A stretch of DNA of 64,000 nt from Octopus vulgaris (lineage: Eukaryota). Within the stretch, counting starts at the first letter, position 1. Each line of letters opens with the position of its first letter. The translations under genes were made by a program, and so were the position numbers. Shown here piece after piece: positions 61,926-64,000 of the stretch. Under the pieces are notes generated by a model. It searched no databases. It saw only the letters and a list, made by a program, of their open reading frames with translations, and had not been told where the DNA came from. The stretch lies in the NCBI GenBank assembly GCA_951406725.2, contig OX597819.1:131564001-131628000 (forward strand), written 5' to 3'.

Positions 61926-63224
61926 GGTGGTGACAGGTTGCTACTATTTCATGCAGTTTTGATAATCAAAGAAAAGAGAGAATGCAGTGGAACGTCTTGT
62001 GTCTGGCTACCAAGTTCCATGTGGAAAAGAGAGAGATTCTGTTGAGTTGAGATTATATAGTCAAAATGGCTGCCAGAATACCAGTTTGTGGTCAACATAA
62101 AAGTGATGGGGGTGAAAAAAGGGGCGAAAGAATAATAGATCATCTGTTGTATGAGAGGTTGCTACAAACCTCATGTCCTGTGGTTGGAAAGCAAGCTTTT
62201 CAACCACACAGCTGCTTCTTTGTTCTCTTTCCTCTCATGTTTCGTCCATGTTGAGAAGTTTGCTTCCCGACCACATAGTTTTAGGTTGAGTCCCACTGTG
62301 TGGGACCTTGAGCAAGTCTCTTCTACCATAGCCCTGAGCTGACCAAACCCTTGTGAGTGGATTTGGTAGACGGAAGCTGAAAGAGGTCTGTCATTAGGCT
62401 TTAAAAACCGCATCTGGTAGTGGGGTTCTGATTCAGGCGTTCCAGGGCTTGGAGGAGAGTGGAACCACCTCTTAACCCCTATTGTTCCCAAGTCTACTCC
62501 GACTCGAAATAGTAGCAGTTGTCCAAGTCCCAGCTATGGGCTAACCAGTATATTTAAGGAAGACATTCCATCTGAGTGACTCAGAAATACCCTGGTTGGT
62601 GTTGGGATACACAGTACAAGCACTGGGTGTGAGGGACCCGTAGGTGTTGTCACGGCTTCCTTTTAGGGGAAAGACACTAATATAAAACCTAGTTTCATGT
62701 GATTACTGGTCGTCTTGCTTTGGACTGTCTCTCGGTTCTAATCACTGAAACTCAGAACAGTGGTATTCGTGTTGTACAAGTGTTTCTCACTATAATCCTA
62801 CAGCCTGCAGATGTCGCTTTATGGTCACCTTGTTTCTCATTCCATCCACTGAACGTCCTATAGCTAAGGAAAAGTGGGAACGTATGCAGACCAAACTGGT
62901 TGGAAGCATGCAGTTAGTTACCACTTTTGTCTGTCAGTTATACTTCAAGCCATGCAGATCTGCAACAGGAATGAATAGTCATCTGTGAGGTCATGGATGG
63001 AAAGTCAGAAATGCCATTGACGATGTGTATGACGATGGCACAATCACCGTATATATGTTTACAGATTATAATATAAATTAAGTGAATGAAAGAAAAATGG
63101 GAATTATATAATCAACTGCATCGGCTTACAGCTTTTTCTGCAATAAGAAGCAGTACACATGGAGCTAGATGCTTGTGTGTCATCTTATAGCTTGCGCAGA
63201 GCCTTTATATGTGTATGAATGTGA

Positions 63225-63535
63225 AGGTGTGTTGATTAGTGGTTAGGGTATTTGGCACACGATTGTAAGGTTGTCACTTTGATTCCTGGTGCCAAATTGT
63301 GTCCTTGAGCAAGACAGTTTATTTCACATTGGCCCAGTCCACTCAGCTGGTGAAAATGAGTACCTGTATTTCAAAGGGGCAAGCCGTGTCACATTCTGTG
63401 TCACACTGAATCTCCTTGAGAACTACATTAAGGGTACATGTGTGTCTGTGGAGTACTCAGCCACATGTATGTTAATTTCACAAGCAAGCTGTTTCATCGA
63501 TCGGATCAACTGGAACACTCATTGTCATAACCCAC
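63225..63535 (+). mobile_element. CORE-like tRNA SINE sharing the family D tail
   Basis: GTGTCCTTGAGCAAGACA..CAGTCCACTCAGCTG..AAATGAGTACC core; 3' half is the reverse complement of 51690-51855. Confidence 0.8.
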
Positions 63536-63805
63536 AGAGTGCCAGTTATGTATTATAAATGTGAGTGTGTGTGTGTATTTGTGTCTCCTTGTTTTGACAT
63601 TACGTGATAGCTGTAACTGAGTGTCACTGTCATACAAGCAGTCTCCTTCATTTTCAATATTCTTTCGGAATGTATCTGATCATAGGGAAAATATTACCTT
63701 GCTTGGAAACAGGTGAAAGTTGGCAACAGGAAGGTCATCTTGCCATAGGAAATTTACCTCAATAAACTCCATACAACCTATGCTAGCATAGATGTTAAAA
63801 TTGTA

Positions 63806-63864
<59 letters not shown>

Positions 63865-63866
<2 letters not shown>

Positions 63867-64000
63867 CATCATCATCATCGTTTAATGTCTGCTTTCCATG
63901 CTAGCATGGGTTGGACGATTTGACTGAGGACTGGCAAACCAGGTGGCTGCACCAGGCTCCAATCTTGATTTGGCAGAGTTTCTACAGCTGGATGCCCTTC
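63865..64000 (-). mobile_element. Family C retroposon, truncated by the window end
   Basis: (CAT)n tail and consensus 3' region. Confidence 0.88.

Noticed and set aside
62400-62960. GC-richer segment, possibly a LINE 5' region or exon
   Set aside because: No ORF or motif could be assigned by eye

Overview
AT-rich, repeat-saturated animal genomic DNA. The SINE families and microsatellite load point to an octopus (Octopus sp.); this is recognised from sequence, not searched. No complete host protein-coding gene is visible, and almost all track ORFs are microsatellite or repeat artefacts. A CpG-retaining, SINE-poor island at about 22.9-30.2 kb carries ETS, YY1 and E2F-like motifs. It looks like a promoter region between two CpG-depleted, probably intronic flanks with a few candidate short exons. 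Identifiable coding sequence is all transposon-derived: three mariner families (including a pristine 562-bp derivative encoding only the DNA-binding domain), a Tc1, CR1- and RTE-type LINE pieces, an R4/Dong-like RLE tail and a Neptune-type Penelope-like element (PLE). The main unexpected signal is a set of minimal type I hammerhead ribozyme (HHR) folds from about five unrelated repeat families. Two have canonical cores (37465-37518 minus, 43908-43998 plus), one lies in the PLE pLTR, and three are variant or decayed. One family has a ~380-nt tandem, circularly permuted unit resembling a non-LTR retrozyme. Several long fold-back structures (possible dsRNA/ADAR substrates) are also present. All folds and alignments were done by eye.
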